Numbered from the stretch's first letter, positions 9,445 through 21,558 are shown. The stretch: 64,000 nucleotides of DNA from Patescibacteria group bacterium (GCA_018819405.1 JAHJQF010000001.1:226097-290096); one strand, 5' to 3'. The notes: a model not told the origin generated them from the sequence alone. Translations and numbers: made by a program.

Positions 9445-11997
9445 ATGTATTTAGAAAAACTGGAAATTCAAGGCTTTAAGTCATTTGCTAATCCGACCAC
9501 TTTAATTTTTAATCGGGACATGACAGCAATTGTCGGTCCAAATGGAAGTGGTAAGTCAAATATTGCTGATGCAGTCCGTTGGGTACTAGGTGAACAAAGT
9601 ATCAAAACTCTTCGGGGTAAAAAATCAGAGGATGTCATATTTGCCGGATCTGATAAGAAAAATAAACTCGGATATGCCGAGGTTAGTTTATATCTTAATA
9701 ATTCTGATCGCCAGGCAGAACTTGATTATGAACAGATTGTTATTACCAGAAAGATAGAGCGAAGTGGCGAGAGTGAATATTTGATAAACAACAATAAAGT
9801 TCGTTTGTTTGACGTCCAATTACTTTTGGCTAAGGCTAACTTTGGTCAAAAAACATATAGCGTGATTGGTCAAGGCATGATTGATTCCATATTGGTGTCA
9901 TCTGGTCAGGAGAGAAAAGAATTTTTTGATGAAGCAACGGGTGTCAAACAATTTCAAATCAAAAAAAATCAGGCTATCAATAAATTGGAAGGCTCCAAAG
10001 AAAATCTTGAACAAAGTGCCAAGATTTTGGCTGAGCTTGATCCACGACTGCGTAGTTTGACTCGTCAGGTAAAGAGGTTGGAAAAAAGAGAAAAGTTGGA
10101 AGAGGAACTCAAAGAAATACAAACAAGCTATTATAGTTTTCTGACCAACAATATCAATGATGACTTAAAAGTTAAAAAAGAAGAATTTGATAAATTACAA
10201 AAAGAAGTAGCAGATTTGAATCAAGAATTAATAGACCTTCAGACCCAGTTGGACAAAGAAGAAAAATCCTCATCTCGTCAGGATAATTTTGAAATATTAC
10301 AAAAAAAATTGGCCCAATCTCAAAGTGAGTTATCTATACTGATAAAAGAAAAAACAATTTTGGAAGGTCAGGCCGATTTAAAATTAATGTCATCTGGTAA
10401 ATCCGACATTGTCTGGCTAAAAGCGAGGATAGAGGAGCTAAAAAATCAGATCAATAATGACAAACTAATTTTGTCAGAAAAACAAACTAGTCTAAAGATT
10501 GCCAAAGACAATCTCCAGCAGTTAGAAGAGAAGCGGCAAGGAATAATGGAAGAGTTTTCCAAGCTGGAAAATAAGCTTTTGAATAATGGTGAGCTTTCTC
10601 CTGAAGAAATGCGTGAAAAATTAGAAGGTATTTTGAGAAAACAGATTAGTTTTCAGGAGCTTTTGGAAAGAATGGAGACTATTGATATTTTGCCAGATTT
10701 GAAAAAGGCCTGCTATCAGGTGACGGAAGCAGTCAACGCTTTATTTAGTAAAATAAAAGTATCCAAAGAAGATAGCCGCAAGATTTGGCAAAACGAGTTC
10801 AATAAAATGCTTTCCAGTAAGGATAATTTGGTAGCGGAAATAAGTGAAGCTCGCACTAGGCTAGCAGTCCTAGAAAGCGAAGATAATAAAATAAAAGAAG
10901 CAATAGAGCGTGCTGAGCAAGAACTAAAAAAATTAGAGTCCGATGCTAAACGATTGGCTGGAGATAAGTCTGATACTTCTAAACAACTGGAAGAAACTGT
11001 CACCAAGATAGAAGATAAAAATAAACAACTCTCAGAAATAGAAAAACAAATCCAAGAGTTTAATAAAATTGAGGAAGACAAAAGGCAATCTTTGGTGCAA
11101 GCCCAAAAAGGATTTCGTGAAGTACAAGCAAACTTTAATGAAAAAAATTCTAAGCTCAATGAAATAAAAGTAGAATTGGCTCGTTTGGAAACCAGACAAG
11201 AAGAGCTTGAGCGTGAGATACGAGAAGAATTCAGTGTTTTTGAACTCAAAAAAACAAACTCAATCAATGTAGAAGAAAGCCGAGAAAAAATAAATAGTTT
11301 AAAAAATCAATTGAGCATTATCGGAGGAATTGATGAAATGGTTTTGGAGGAATATAATGAAGTATCAGAGCGTTATAATTTTTTGAAAGAGCAGAGCGAT
11401 GATTTGCTTCAAGCTATAGATCATTTGGAAAAAGTAATTAAGGATTTGGAAGAGGCTATTTCCAAGCAGTTTGACAAGAGTTTTAGAAATATAAATAATT
11501 TATTTAATCAGTATTTCAAAAAATTATTTAATGGTGGTAAGTCAGAACTTATTTTGGACATCCAAGATGTCAGAGTAAATAAAGCTGGTGAATCAGAAAA
11601 TTCCGAGGAAGAAAATGAGGAAGAAGTAGAAACTAAAAGACAGTATGGTATTGAGATAAAAGCCACGCCGCCAGGTAAAAGATTGGCCAGTATCAATATG
11701 CTTTCAGGTGGAGAAAAGGCACTGACCTCTATTGCTCTTATTTGTGCTATTATTGCCAATAGTCCTTCGCCATTTGTGGTTTTAGATGAGGTAGATGCAG
11801 CCTTAGATGAAGCCAACTCTATGCGTTTTGCAGAAATCTTAGAAGAATTATCGGCCAAAACTCAATTTGTAGCCATTACTCACAATCGAGCCACAATGCA
11901 CAAATCAAAAATTATCTATGGGGTGACTATGGGAGATGATGGAGTATCAAAGTTATTGTCTATGAGTTTTGATCAGGCTGATGAAATAGCTCAATAA
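9445..11997 (+). CDS. smc: Chromosome segregation protein SMC (short, 850 aa)
   Basis: GFKSF, GPNGSGKSN, LSGGE, LDEVDAALD, ITH; coiled coils; follows rnc. Confidence 0.9.
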   Translation: MYLEKLEIQGFKSFANPTTLIFNRDMTAIVGPNGSGKSNIADAVRWVLGEQSIKTLRGKKSEDVIFAGSDKKNKLGYAEVSLYLNNSDRQAELDYEQIVITRKIERSGESEYLINNNKVRLFDVQLLLAKANFGQKTYSVIGQGMIDSILVSSGQERKEFFDEATGVKQFQIKKNQAINKLEGSKENLEQSAKILAELDPRLRSLTRQVKRLEKREKLEEELKEIQTSYYSFLTNNINDDLKVKKEEFDKLQKEVADLNQELIDLQTQLDKEEKSSSRQDNFEILQKKLAQSQSELSILIKEKTILEGQADLKLMSSGKSDIVWLKARIEELKNQINNDKLILSEKQTSLKIAKDNLQQLEEKRQGIMEEFSKLENKLLNNGELSPEEMREKLEGILRKQISFQELLERMETIDILPDLKKACYQVTEAVNALFSKIKVSKEDSRKIWQNEFNKMLSSKDNLVAEISEARTRLAVLESEDNKIKEAIERAEQELKKLESDAKRLAGDKSDTSKQLEETVTKIEDKNKQLSEIEKQIQEFNKIEEDKRQSLVQAQKGFREVQANFNEKNSKLNEIKVELARLETRQEELEREIREEFSVFELKKTNSINVEESREKINSLKNQLSIIGGIDEMVLEEYNEVSERYNFLKEQSDDLLQAIDHLEKVIKDLEEAISKQFDKSFRNINNLFNQYFKKLFNGGKSELILDIQDVRVNKAGESENSEEENEEEVETKRQYGIEIKATPPGKRLASINMLSGGEKALTSIALICAIIANSPSPFVVLDEVDAALDEANSMRFAEILEELSAKTQFVAITHNRATMHKSKIIYGVTMGDDGVSKLLSMSFDQADEIAQ

Positions 11998-12168
11998 TAT
12001 ATAGATTTTTTAGCCCGCCGCGTTTTACGCGGCGGGCTTTATAATTGACAAAAATTATATTATATGGTTATTATTAAAATTGATTCTGTACATATCTCAG
12101 CTTTTATACTAGAAGCATAAAAACACTCGCCACGATAGGACCCAAAAAAAGAAAGGAAAGTTTTTAAC

Positions 12169-12450
12169 ATGAAAGACAAAGCGGTTGCTAGGGTGATGGA
12201 CGGAGACCTAGTGTTTCTGAGCTTGGAGGATCTGGGTGAAGACTTGTTGGTCCGGCTGGGAAGCAACGGTCAGCTCGACCACATCATGACTTCTGACGGG
12301 GTCAAACTACATATCTTCGATGTCTACTGTGTGGACGGTTTCTCCGTTCAACTCCACAGTGACAGTGATCGTCACAACGCCTTGCTCAAGTCGAGTATCG
12401 GCCACATCGCCGTTTCCCGCTCTTTCCTGCCGCCGGATTTCGCCGGCTAA
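12169..12450 (+). CDS. Hypothetical protein (GC-rich)
   Basis: Own promoter (TTGACA near 12046), AAAGGA SD, terminator 12467-12503. Confidence 0.6.
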   Translation: MKDKAVARVMDGDLVFLSLEDLGEDLLVRLGSNGQLDHIMTSDGVKLHIFDVYCVDGFSVQLHSDSDRHNALLKSSIGHIAVSRSFLPPDFAG

Positions 12451-12512
12451 GTCCCATACATGCGAGAACCCCCGCCGAACGTAGTTTGGCGGGGGTCTTT
12501 TTTTGGTTTAGA

Positions 12513-13352
12513 TTATTTTCCGTAAACTCCGCGGACAAGATCAGGATTTTTGCCAGAGTCAGTCAGATACTTTAGATTGATATCGCGGACTGCTTCACAC
12601 ACTTGTTTTTGTTGATCAAGATCTACACTATCAAGCATTTCTATAAAAGCTTCAAAGTCTTTTATAAAACAATGACCGCCAGCACCACGGCCACCTTGGT
12701 GTATGACGTCAAGGTGTGTTGGGCCAATACGCAAATCGTGCTTCATTCCTTCTTTGATAGTTTCAAAATCAAGACCCTTTTTTTCAGCCAGATCATAAAA
12801 CATATTCATAAATACCACCTTGAAATAAAACCAACAGTTACCACCGTATTTGATCATTTCAGCGTTTTCTACTTGCATGACTTTGTTGTAGGGTGCTTTG
12901 GCCAGTACGCTCAAAACTAATTCACCTTTTTGCTTTAATGTTTCATTTTTGATATCAGTGACACCAACAATATTTCTATAAGGATGTTTAGCATCATGGG
13001 CAGCTGTTTTTTCGGTCAAAAACTCTGGACTATGCATTACAATTATATTGGGGTGTTGTGTTTGCATTTTTTTGGTGGTGCCGACTTGGACAGTAGATTT
13101 GATAACGGCAACTTTACCATCACCTATGAGATTTAAAACTTCATCCACTATAGAATCATCAAAACCTTCTGGAGTGGTGGGAGTAGGCACAGCAATAAGC
13201 ACTATGTCACAATTTTTTATCTTATCTTTGTTTTCGGCATAGGTATCTATGTCATAGCGGACAATATTAAAACCGCGATTTTGGAAATCATCGGCATAAT
13301 TTTTGCCTATCCATCCCTGGCCAATAAAGCCAATTAGCAATTTTTTTTCCAT
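12513..13352 (-). CDS. UDP-glucose/GDP-mannose dehydrogenase family protein (lacks C-terminal UDP-binding domain)
   Basis: GFIGQGWIG, IAVPTP, IKSTV, SPEFL, AEMIKY, GAGGHCFIKD. Confidence 0.85.
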   Translation of the reverse strand: MEKKLLIGFIGQGWIGKNYADDFQNRGFNIVRYDIDTYAENKDKIKNCDIVLIAVPTPTTPEGFDDSIVDEVLNLIGDGKVAVIKSTVQVGTTKKMQTQHPNIIVMHSPEFLTEKTAAHDAKHPYRNIVGVTDIKNETLKQKGELVLSVLAKAPYNKVMQVENAEMIKYGGNCWFYFKVVFMNMFYDLAEKKGLDFETIKEGMKHDLRIGPTHLDVIHQGGRGAGGHCFIKDFEAFIEMLDSVDLDQQKQVCEAVRDINLKYLTDSGKNPDLVRGVYGK

Positions 13353-13464
13353 TTTTATTTGATAAAATTTTAAAACTGATTTTTATTATAACAATTTTAA
13401 AAATAAAGTCCAGCTTATTTTTTAATATATGTATTGACATAAGTCCTTAATTATAGTAATATTG

Positions 13465-13520
13465 ACCCCGTTAAATAACCCCGTCAAAACGGGGTTCCCG
13501 CTAAGCGGGATTTAACGGGT
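13465..13520. repeat. ACCCCGTTA...TAACGGG(G)T inverted-repeat element with nested hairpins
   Basis: CCCGTTAAA...TTTAACGGG enclosing AACCCCGT/ACGGGGTT and CCCGC/GCGGG. Confidence 0.65.
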
Positions 13521-13563
13521 AGAGCCCTTCTACTTCAGTAATAATTAACAAGCGAAATATTAA

Positions 13564-13968
13564 ATGTTAGCCATTAGATTGCAAAGAGTCGGACGAAAAA
13601 AACAGCCACTTTATAGAGTGGTAGTTTCAGAAAAATCCAAGGATACCTATGGAAATCACCTAGAAATCCTAGGCAACTACAATCCTCATAAAAAAGAGGC
13701 CGTTTTGAAGGAAGACAGAATAAAACATTGGCTTTCTGTAGGTGCCCAAGCTTCTAATACCGTCAACAATCTTTTTATCAAAGAAGGCGTTATAGAAGGT
13801 AAAAAGGCCAAATCTGTAAGAATTACTAAAACCAGACAAGCCAAACAGAACGAAAAGAACAAGGCAGACACTGAAGCTAAGGCTAAAGAGGCTGAACCAA
13901 AAGTTGAAGAGCAGCCAGTTGTTGAAGAAAAAAACGAAGAAGTTAAAGAAGAGCAAATTAAAGAATAG
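13564..13968 (+). CDS. rpsP: 30S ribosomal protein S16
   Basis: MLAIRLQRVGRKKQPLYRVVV, LGNYNP, GAQAS. Confidence 0.97.
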   Translation: MLAIRLQRVGRKKQPLYRVVVSEKSKDTYGNHLEILGNYNPHKKEAVLKEDRIKHWLSVGAQASNTVNNLFIKEGVIEGKKAKSVRITKTRQAKQNEKNKADTEAKAKEAEPKVEEQPVVEEKNEEVKEEQIKE

Positions 13969-14074
13969 TTTTTTGCTTCTTGACCTTATTTGAAAGCAAT
14001 TATATAATATAAAAAGTTATTCTTGCTCATTAAAAGGGTATAACCCGATTTAGAAGATAATTAACCAAAAAGAC

Positions 14075-14398
14075 ATGGAAGATAAAGTATTTTTAGAAAC
14101 AGTTGTTAAAGCTTTAGTCGAAAAACCAGAAGACGTTGTTGTCGAAAGGAATATCGACGAAAGAGGCGTACTTTTGACTTTAAAAGTCAACCCAGAAGAA
14201 ATGGGAAAAATTATCGGTAAGCAGGGTCAAACAGCCCGTGCTCTAAGGACTCTTCTGCGTATCATTGGCAACAAGAATAATTCTTATGTCAATTTGAAGG
14301 TTTACGAACCAGAAAAAGAAGGTAGAGCTCCAAGAGAAGAAGCTCCAAGAGAAGAAGTTTCTAGCTCAGACGCCGATGTAGATGATTTGAAATTATAA
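14075..14398 (+). CDS. khpA: KH-domain RNA-binding protein
   Basis: MGKIIGKQG GxxG loop; position after rpsP. Confidence 0.9.
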   Translation: MEDKVFLETVVKALVEKPEDVVVERNIDERGVLLTLKVNPEEMGKIIGKQGQTARALRTLLRIIGNKNNSYVNLKVYEPEKEGRAPREEAPREEVSSSDADVDDLKL

Positions 14399-14478
14399 TT
14401 TTTGAACATTTATATTATAAAACATTAGACCGCAAACGCGGTCTTTTGTTTTTGTGGAATTTATAATATTATTAGATT

Positions 14479-14907
14479 ATGAAAAAGGGGATTGATTATA
14501 CAGGTATAAGTGTTGTCTATTTTTGTCATGATGGAAATGGCAATTTTATGATGGCCAAAAGATCTAAAGAGTGTCGTGATGAACATGGTCGATGGGATAT
14601 TGGTGGAGGCGGACTAGAATTTGGGCATACTGTGATAGACACTTTACGGAAAGAAATTAAAGAGGAGTATTGTAGTGACGTAATTGAATATGAGTTTTTA
14701 GGTTATAGAGATGTGCACAGAGAGCATGATGGCCAAAAGACGCATTGGTTAGCCCTAGATTTTAAAGTTTTAATAGACAGATCTATTGTAAAAAATGGTG
14801 AGCCACACAAGTTTGACGAAATAAAATGGTATCAATTGAGTAATATACCACAAAATACCCATTCACAGTTTCCTAACTTTTTGAATCTGTACAAAGATAA
14901 ATTATGA
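14479..14907 (+). CDS. NUDIX hydrolase
   Basis: GGGLEFGHTVIDTLRKEIKEE Nudix-like box. Confidence 0.85.
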   Translation: MKKGIDYTGISVVYFCHDGNGNFMMAKRSKECRDEHGRWDIGGGGLEFGHTVIDTLRKEIKEEYCSDVIEYEFLGYRDVHREHDGQKTHWLALDFKVLIDRSIVKNGEPHKFDEIKWYQLSNIPQNTHSQFPNFLNLYKDKL

Positions 14908-14967
14908 AGTTATGAATATTGGCCATGAAGCCGGTAATTTTAAATGGTGATTTAAGTAAAATAATAT

Positions 14968-15068
14968 GTAATTGCGAACGCAGTGAAGCAAGCTAAAATT
15001 TTAGATTGCCACGCCCTTCGACTTGGTTCGAGTTCGCTCACCACAAGTCGTTCAGGGCTCGCAATGAC
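14968..15068. repeat. GTCATTGCG...CGCAATGAC REP-like palindrome with nested hairpins
   Basis: GTAATTGCGA...CTCGCAATGAC; related copy at ~37433-37491. Confidence 0.6.
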
Positions 15069-15082
15069 AATAAAAATTAGAA

Positions 15083-15751
15083 ATGAAGTTCGACATACTT
15101 ACAATTTTTCCTGATAGTTTAGACAGTTATTTTAATAGCTCTATTTTGGATAAAGCCCAAAAGAAAAAACTAATAGAAATAAATACTCACGACATCAGAA
15201 AACAATCGACTGATAAACATCACAAAGTAGATGATACGCCCTATGGCGGCGGACCAGGCATGGTCATACAGATTGAGCCGGTTTATAAAACTTTGAAAAA
15301 AATCTATCCGCGCAAAAATAAATCTACCAGAGTGATATTGATGTCACCCCAGGGTAAAACTTTTGACCAAAATGAGGTCAAGCGTCTGACCAAATATAAA
15401 AGGCTGATTTTGATAGCGGGGCATTATGAAGCAATTGATTCCAGAGTTGATAATTTTATTGATGAAAAAATATCTTTGGGCAATTTTGTACTTACCGGCG
15501 GAGAGCTGGTCGCTGCCTGTATTATAGATAGTGTGGCTAGATTAGTGCCAGGAGTAGTGGGTAAAGAGGAGTCTATTCAAGAAGAGTCATTTTCTCAATA
15601 TGATAAAAAAACTGAAAAGTTTAATATTGAATATCCTCAATATACCAGACCAGAGGTTTTTAGGGGGTTTAAAGTTCCAGAAATTTTACTTTCAGGGCAC
15701 CATGGTAAAATAGCTAAATGGAGGCAGGAACAGACAAAGTATAGGAAATAA
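15083..15751 (+). CDS. trmD: tRNA (guanine-N1)-methyltransferase
   Basis: VDDTPYGGGPGM, SPQG, GHYE, SLGNFVLTGGE, EYPQYTRP. Confidence 0.97.
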   Translation: MKFDILTIFPDSLDSYFNSSILDKAQKKKLIEINTHDIRKQSTDKHHKVDDTPYGGGPGMVIQIEPVYKTLKKIYPRKNKSTRVILMSPQGKTFDQNEVKRLTKYKRLILIAGHYEAIDSRVDNFIDEKISLGNFVLTGGELVAACIIDSVARLVPGVVGKEESIQEESFSQYDKKTEKFNIEYPQYTRPEVFRGFKVPEILLSGHHGKIAKWRQEQTKYRK

Positions 15752-16081
15752 CTTAGTTTTTGGGATTTTTATTAGACTATAAGCTAGTTTATTAAATTCT
15801 TATATATTATACTTGACAAATTCCTTTTTTTGCACTATCATGATGGAGCATTAATTTTAAGGTATAAAACTTTCGTAGCTGATTGAAAACAACCTGAGTT
15901 GCAAATAAAGATAAGACAGTAGTGTCTGAATGTTTCGGACCTTGCTGTTTTTTCTTAATATTGAAAGGTTATTTGACAAGAGAATACCACAAAAATTTAA
16001 TGACTTGGAAGTGACGAGCTTTTAGTCAATTCAATTTTTTATTTTCAATTATTGAGTCAATATGACTCAAATTCTATAGTT

Positions 16082-17566
<1,485 letters not shown>

Positions 17567-17803
17567 TCTAAGGAGTATAATCAGAACAACTCATCTCACA
17601 ATCAGTTGTTCATAGTCGAACTCCTCCCATATTATGGGATGAGATAGTTGGCTAAAAGTAGTCACTTCTAAGTTATTAAAATAAAAAATCCCTTGCTTGA
17701 TGCAGGGCTTTTTTTGTAAGAAGCTGGTTTGACAAAGGCTTGTCAAAAAATCATTTTTCTGGTATTATCTGACCTGTTGTACTATAAAAGCGTTTGAGTT
17801 GAT

Positions 17804-17880
17804 GGGCATGTAGCTCAGTTGGTTAGAGCACCACACTGATAATGTGGGGGTCGGAGATTCGAGTTCTCCCATGCCCACCA
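17804..17880 (+). tRNA. tRNA-Ile(GAT)
   Basis: Anticodon loop CTGATAA, CCA. Confidence 0.93.
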
Positions 17881-17903
17881 GTTTAAGCGTTTTTAAAAGT
17901 TTG

Positions 17904-17978
<75 letters not shown>

Positions 17979-18061
17979 CGATTAATTGTATAATAGTATA
18001 ATTGTTTAATTGAAGAACACTATTAGTCTATTAACCTATTAATCAATTACACTATTATTTA

Positions 18062-18138
18062 CGGGGTGTGGCGCAGTTGGCTAGCGCGCGTCGTTTGGGA
18101 CGATGAGGCCGGAGGTTCGAGTCCTCTCACCCCGACCA
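18062..18138 (+). tRNA. tRNA-Pro(TGG)
   Basis: Anticodon loop TTTGGGA, CCA. Confidence 0.95.
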
Positions 18139-18190
18139 TTTAAAATTTACCTTCGCAGTGGCGGGCCTGCCTCGCCGAAGCGAAGCGTAG

Positions 18191-18266
18191 GCGGGTGTCG
18201 TATAGTGGTTTATTATGTCAGCCTTCCAAGCTGAAGAGGGCGGTTCGATTCCGCTCACCCGCTCCA
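18191..18266 (+). tRNA. tRNA-Gly(TCC)
   Basis: Anticodon loop CTTCCAA, CCA. Confidence 0.93.
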
Positions 18267-18379
18267 TCCTTCGCTAAAGCTTCTGATGGCACAGCCAGAC
18301 ACAGGGTTTTATAACCTAAATAAAATTCGCCAATTATGGCGTTTTTTTGCTATACTTAAAATATTATTAAAATAATCCA

Positions 18380-18913
18380 ATGATAAAAAATAGCCTAGGC
18401 CTTAGTAAATCAACTTTAGATGCTATAATCAATCAATCAGTAGCTATACTTTGTGATGGCAATAACATAGAAAGAAGTATTCACGATATTTCCAAAAATC
18501 AAAATACTATGATTGATTTTGATAAAGTAATTCCGCGTTTGTTGAACGGTAGAGGACTCAATAGACTACTATATTTTAGAGAAGGCAAATCTATATCTTC
18601 TAAGTTTGCCGAAAGACTGCACGAAAATTATTATGGTTCAGTCATAGCTTGTCATAAATCAGCCGACATTCCATTGACTATCAAAGCCACTCAACTGGCT
18701 TCCAAGGTAGATACTATTATCATCATGTCTGGTGATTCAGATTATATAGATTTAGTGGATCATCTCAAAGGGGAAGGAGTTAGAGTAGAAATAGCCGCTG
18801 TCAAAAAAACAGCTGCCCAAGCTTTGATTGACGAGGCGGATTATTTTTATGAAATCACCAAAGAAGATTGGTTTGTGTACAAAGCTCCTCGCACATATCC
18901 CAGAAAAAAATAA
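18380..18913 (+). CDS. NYN domain (LabA/DUF88) protein
   Basis: CDGNN, KSADI, MSGDSDY..LV..LK..G.RV. Confidence 0.88.
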   Translation: MIKNSLGLSKSTLDAIINQSVAILCDGNNIERSIHDISKNQNTMIDFDKVIPRLLNGRGLNRLLYFREGKSISSKFAERLHENYYGSVIACHKSADIPLTIKATQLASKVDTIIIMSGDSDYIDLVDHLKGEGVRVEIAAVKKTAAQALIDEADYFYEITKEDWFVYKAPRTYPRKK

Positions 18914-18945
18914 TTAGTGATTAGAAATTTTGTTATCATAAATTT

Positions 18946-19485
18946 ATGAGTTTTGAAGATAGTTTTCAGGAAAATTTATCAGAAAAAGAATTAAACATAA
19001 GAAAATTAAGGGCAGAAGTTGAAAAAATTACCGATAGTCTTGGTTTTGGTATTGATGAAAATATCAAAGACAGCATAGTTGCTGTTAAGGCTCATGATTT
19101 TTCTACCAGTGCTTCTTGTGAGGGTCATTTGACGGATAAAGAAAACGATAGGTCATTTTTGTATCCCAGTATTGATATAGAAGAGCCAGAACCAGAGGGT
19201 TGGAGAGATGATGAAGAATTGCAAAGGCAATGGAGTGAGGCCAACGCCTTACAAAGAGAGAAAATGCAAAAGCTATTGGATGAATTTTATGCAGACAGAG
19301 ATGTTGACGAAGTTTATAAACTAACAATAAACCCAAGAGGTATTTTTAATGCTTTTGTATTGGCCAGTGCTAAGTATAAAGAAAAGTATTTAAAACCCGA
19401 TGAAAGTGAAGAGAAAGTTTTGCTTCGGGCACAAGCAGAAATGCAGGAGTTTACAAAATTTTTAATGAACAAGTATTATGATTAA
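18946..19485 (+). CDS. Hypothetical protein
   Basis: ORF with T.ASCEGH motif; host-like composition. Confidence 0.65.
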   Translation: MSFEDSFQENLSEKELNIRKLRAEVEKITDSLGFGIDENIKDSIVAVKAHDFSTSASCEGHLTDKENDRSFLYPSIDIEEPEPEGWRDDEELQRQWSEANALQREKMQKLLDEFYADRDVDEVYKLTINPRGIFNAFVLASAKYKEKYLKPDESEEKVLLRAQAEMQEFTKFLMNKYYD

Positions 19486-19729
19486 AATAAAAATATCCGG
19501 CGGTGTGGTTCACGCTGTACCTGCAGACTTAAAAAAAGCACTAAGCGCTTCTATAAAAATAGCAACTGCTTGGAACGACCTTACACCATTGGCGCGCAAC
19601 GAATGGATTTGCTGGACTACATCAGTTAAGAAGTTGGAAACAAGAAAACAACACATAGAGCGAGTGTGCGCTGATATGCTCAAAGGTAAACGAAGACCAT
19701 GTTGTTGGCCTGGTTGTCCGCATAGATAA
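19478..19729 (+). CDS. YdeI/OmpD-associated family protein
   Basis: VPADLKKAL...WNDLTPLARNEWICW..SVKK.ETR. Confidence 0.85.
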   Translation: MIKIKISGGVVHAVPADLKKALSASIKIATAWNDLTPLARNEWICWTTSVKKLETRKQHIERVCADMLKGKRRPCCWPGCPHR

Positions 19730-19826
19730 TATAGTTTTAAAAACAGGCTTTTGTGGCTTGTTTTTTATTTTTTCTTTATAAAGAAGGGGGTTTGTCTTTT
19801 TTATAGGCTCTTGCTAAGATTTCTAT

Positions 19827-21035
19827 ATGGCGATTAAAAATCAGACACCCTTAGCTGACAGAATGAGACCCAAAAAATTGGAGCATTTTTTTGGTCAGGA
19901 TAGTATTGTGGGTACTGGGAAAATGCTTCGTCAAGCGATTGAGAGCGACAATGTGCCACCAATGATTTTTTGGGGACCACCGGGTTCGGGCAAAACCACT
20001 CTAGCTCATATAGTAGCTCACTCTACTCATTCTGATTTTGTGCAGATTTCAGCAGTAACTAGCGGCGTAGCAGAATTGAGACAATTTATCACCAGAGCGG
20101 AGCAAAACAAAAGACTAGGTCAACAGACTATCTTGTTTATTGATGAAATCCATCGTTGGAATAAAGCTCAGCAAGACGCACTCCTGCCTCACGTGGAAAA
20201 AGGCACCATAATTCTCATTGGCGCCACTACAGAAAATCCCAGCTTTGAAGTGCGTGGTGCTTTGCTTTCTCGTTGTCGGGTCTTTGTTTTAGAAAGATTG
20301 GACAAAGAGCACATCAAAAAAATAATAGACAATACTTTGAAAGACAAAGAAAATGGTTTGGGCAATTTGAAGCTAAAAATATCTGACAAAGTCAAAAATT
20401 TGATAGCTGATTTTAGTAACGGCGATGCCAGGGCAGCCTTAAATGTTTTGGAATATGCAGCTTCTCTTTCTAAAACTATCAGTCAAGAAACAGTTAAAGA
20501 AGCATACCAGAAATCACACTTACTTTATGACAAGGATGGCGAAGAGCATTACAATATTATTTCTGCTTTGCATAAATCTATGCGCGGCTCAGATGCTAAC
20601 GCTGCTTTGTATTGGCTAGCTAGGATGCTCGAAGCTGGTGAGGATCCAATATATATTGCTCGTCGTTTGGTCAGATTTGCTTCTGAAGATATTGGCTTGG
20701 CCAATTCCCGTGCTCTAGAACAAGCAGTATCTGCTTATCAAGCTTGTTCGTTTATTGGCATGCCAGAGTGTAATGTAATCTTGGCTCAGGCTGTGGTTTA
20801 TATGGCCAAGTGTAAAAAATCCAATGATTTGTATGTGGCTTATAATAAGGCAAAAGCGGACGTCCAAAAGCACGGCAACTTATCAGTGCCACTGCACATT
20901 AGAAATGCTCCGACGGATTTGATGAAAGATTTGGGCTATGGTAAGGGTTATAAGTATAGTCCAGATTTTGATTATCAGGAAGAGCAGGAGTATTTGCCAA
21001 AAGAATTAAAAAATAAAAAATATTTAAAAGATTAA
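19827..21035 (+). CDS. rarA: Replication-associated recombination protein A (MgsA)
   Basis: PLADRMRP, WGPPGSGKTT, FIDEIHR, GATTENPSF, ISALHKSMRGSD. Confidence 0.95.
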   Translation: MAIKNQTPLADRMRPKKLEHFFGQDSIVGTGKMLRQAIESDNVPPMIFWGPPGSGKTTLAHIVAHSTHSDFVQISAVTSGVAELRQFITRAEQNKRLGQQTILFIDEIHRWNKAQQDALLPHVEKGTIILIGATTENPSFEVRGALLSRCRVFVLERLDKEHIKKIIDNTLKDKENGLGNLKLKISDKVKNLIADFSNGDARAALNVLEYAASLSKTISQETVKEAYQKSHLLYDKDGEEHYNIISALHKSMRGSDANAALYWLARMLEAGEDPIYIARRLVRFASEDIGLANSRALEQAVSAYQACSFIGMPECNVILAQAVVYMAKCKKSNDLYVAYNKAKADVQKHGNLSVPLHIRNAPTDLMKDLGYGKGYKYSPDFDYQEEQEYLPKELKNKKYLKD

Positions 21036-21040
21036 TATTT

Positions 21041-21523
21041 ATGCTCAGCAATAAAGATAAATTTAATTTATTTATTCAAATAACTAAGCGATTAAATAAA
21101 GAACTGTTGGTGAATCCGATTTTATTTGGTTCACTAGGTCTTAGTTTATTATTAGTACAAGAGATTAAAGTTAATGATATTGATATTTTAATACCGAAAA
21201 AGTTATTAGAAAACAAATGGCAACAGATAATTAAAATAATGGAAGATTTTGGTTTTTATTTAAACAATGAAAATGAGCATCAGTTTTTGAAAGACGAGTA
21301 TGAAGTTGCTTTTGCCCAAGAAGATGATTTGGCAAAATTTATCGGTGATGGTGTCAGAGATTTTAAATTAGTCAAACAGGCGGGAGTAAATTATAGGGCA
21401 CTTAGCTTGGAACAATATTTATTGACTTATCAAACTTTACTTAGAGATAATTATCGGCAAGAAAAAAGAGGCACAGCCGATAAGGATAAAATAAAAATGA
21501 TAAAGAAAGCTCTTAATAGTTGA
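21041..21523 (+). CDS. Nucleotidyltransferase-fold hypothetical protein
   Basis: LFGSLG...NDIDILIP motif. Confidence 0.6.
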   Translation: MLSNKDKFNLFIQITKRLNKELLVNPILFGSLGLSLLLVQEIKVNDIDILIPKKLLENKWQQIIKIMEDFGFYLNNENEHQFLKDEYEVAFAQEDDLAKFIGDGVRDFKLVKQAGVNYRALSLEQYLLTYQTLLRDNYRQEKRGTADKDKIKMIKKALNS

Positions 21524-21558
21524 TTTCTTTTACGTTGTTTTTTTGCTATAATAGAAAA

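Noticed and set aside
10716-11858. Long antisense ORFs in smc
   Set aside because: Ser/Leu/Phe-rich shadows of a Glu/Lys-rich coiled-coil gene.
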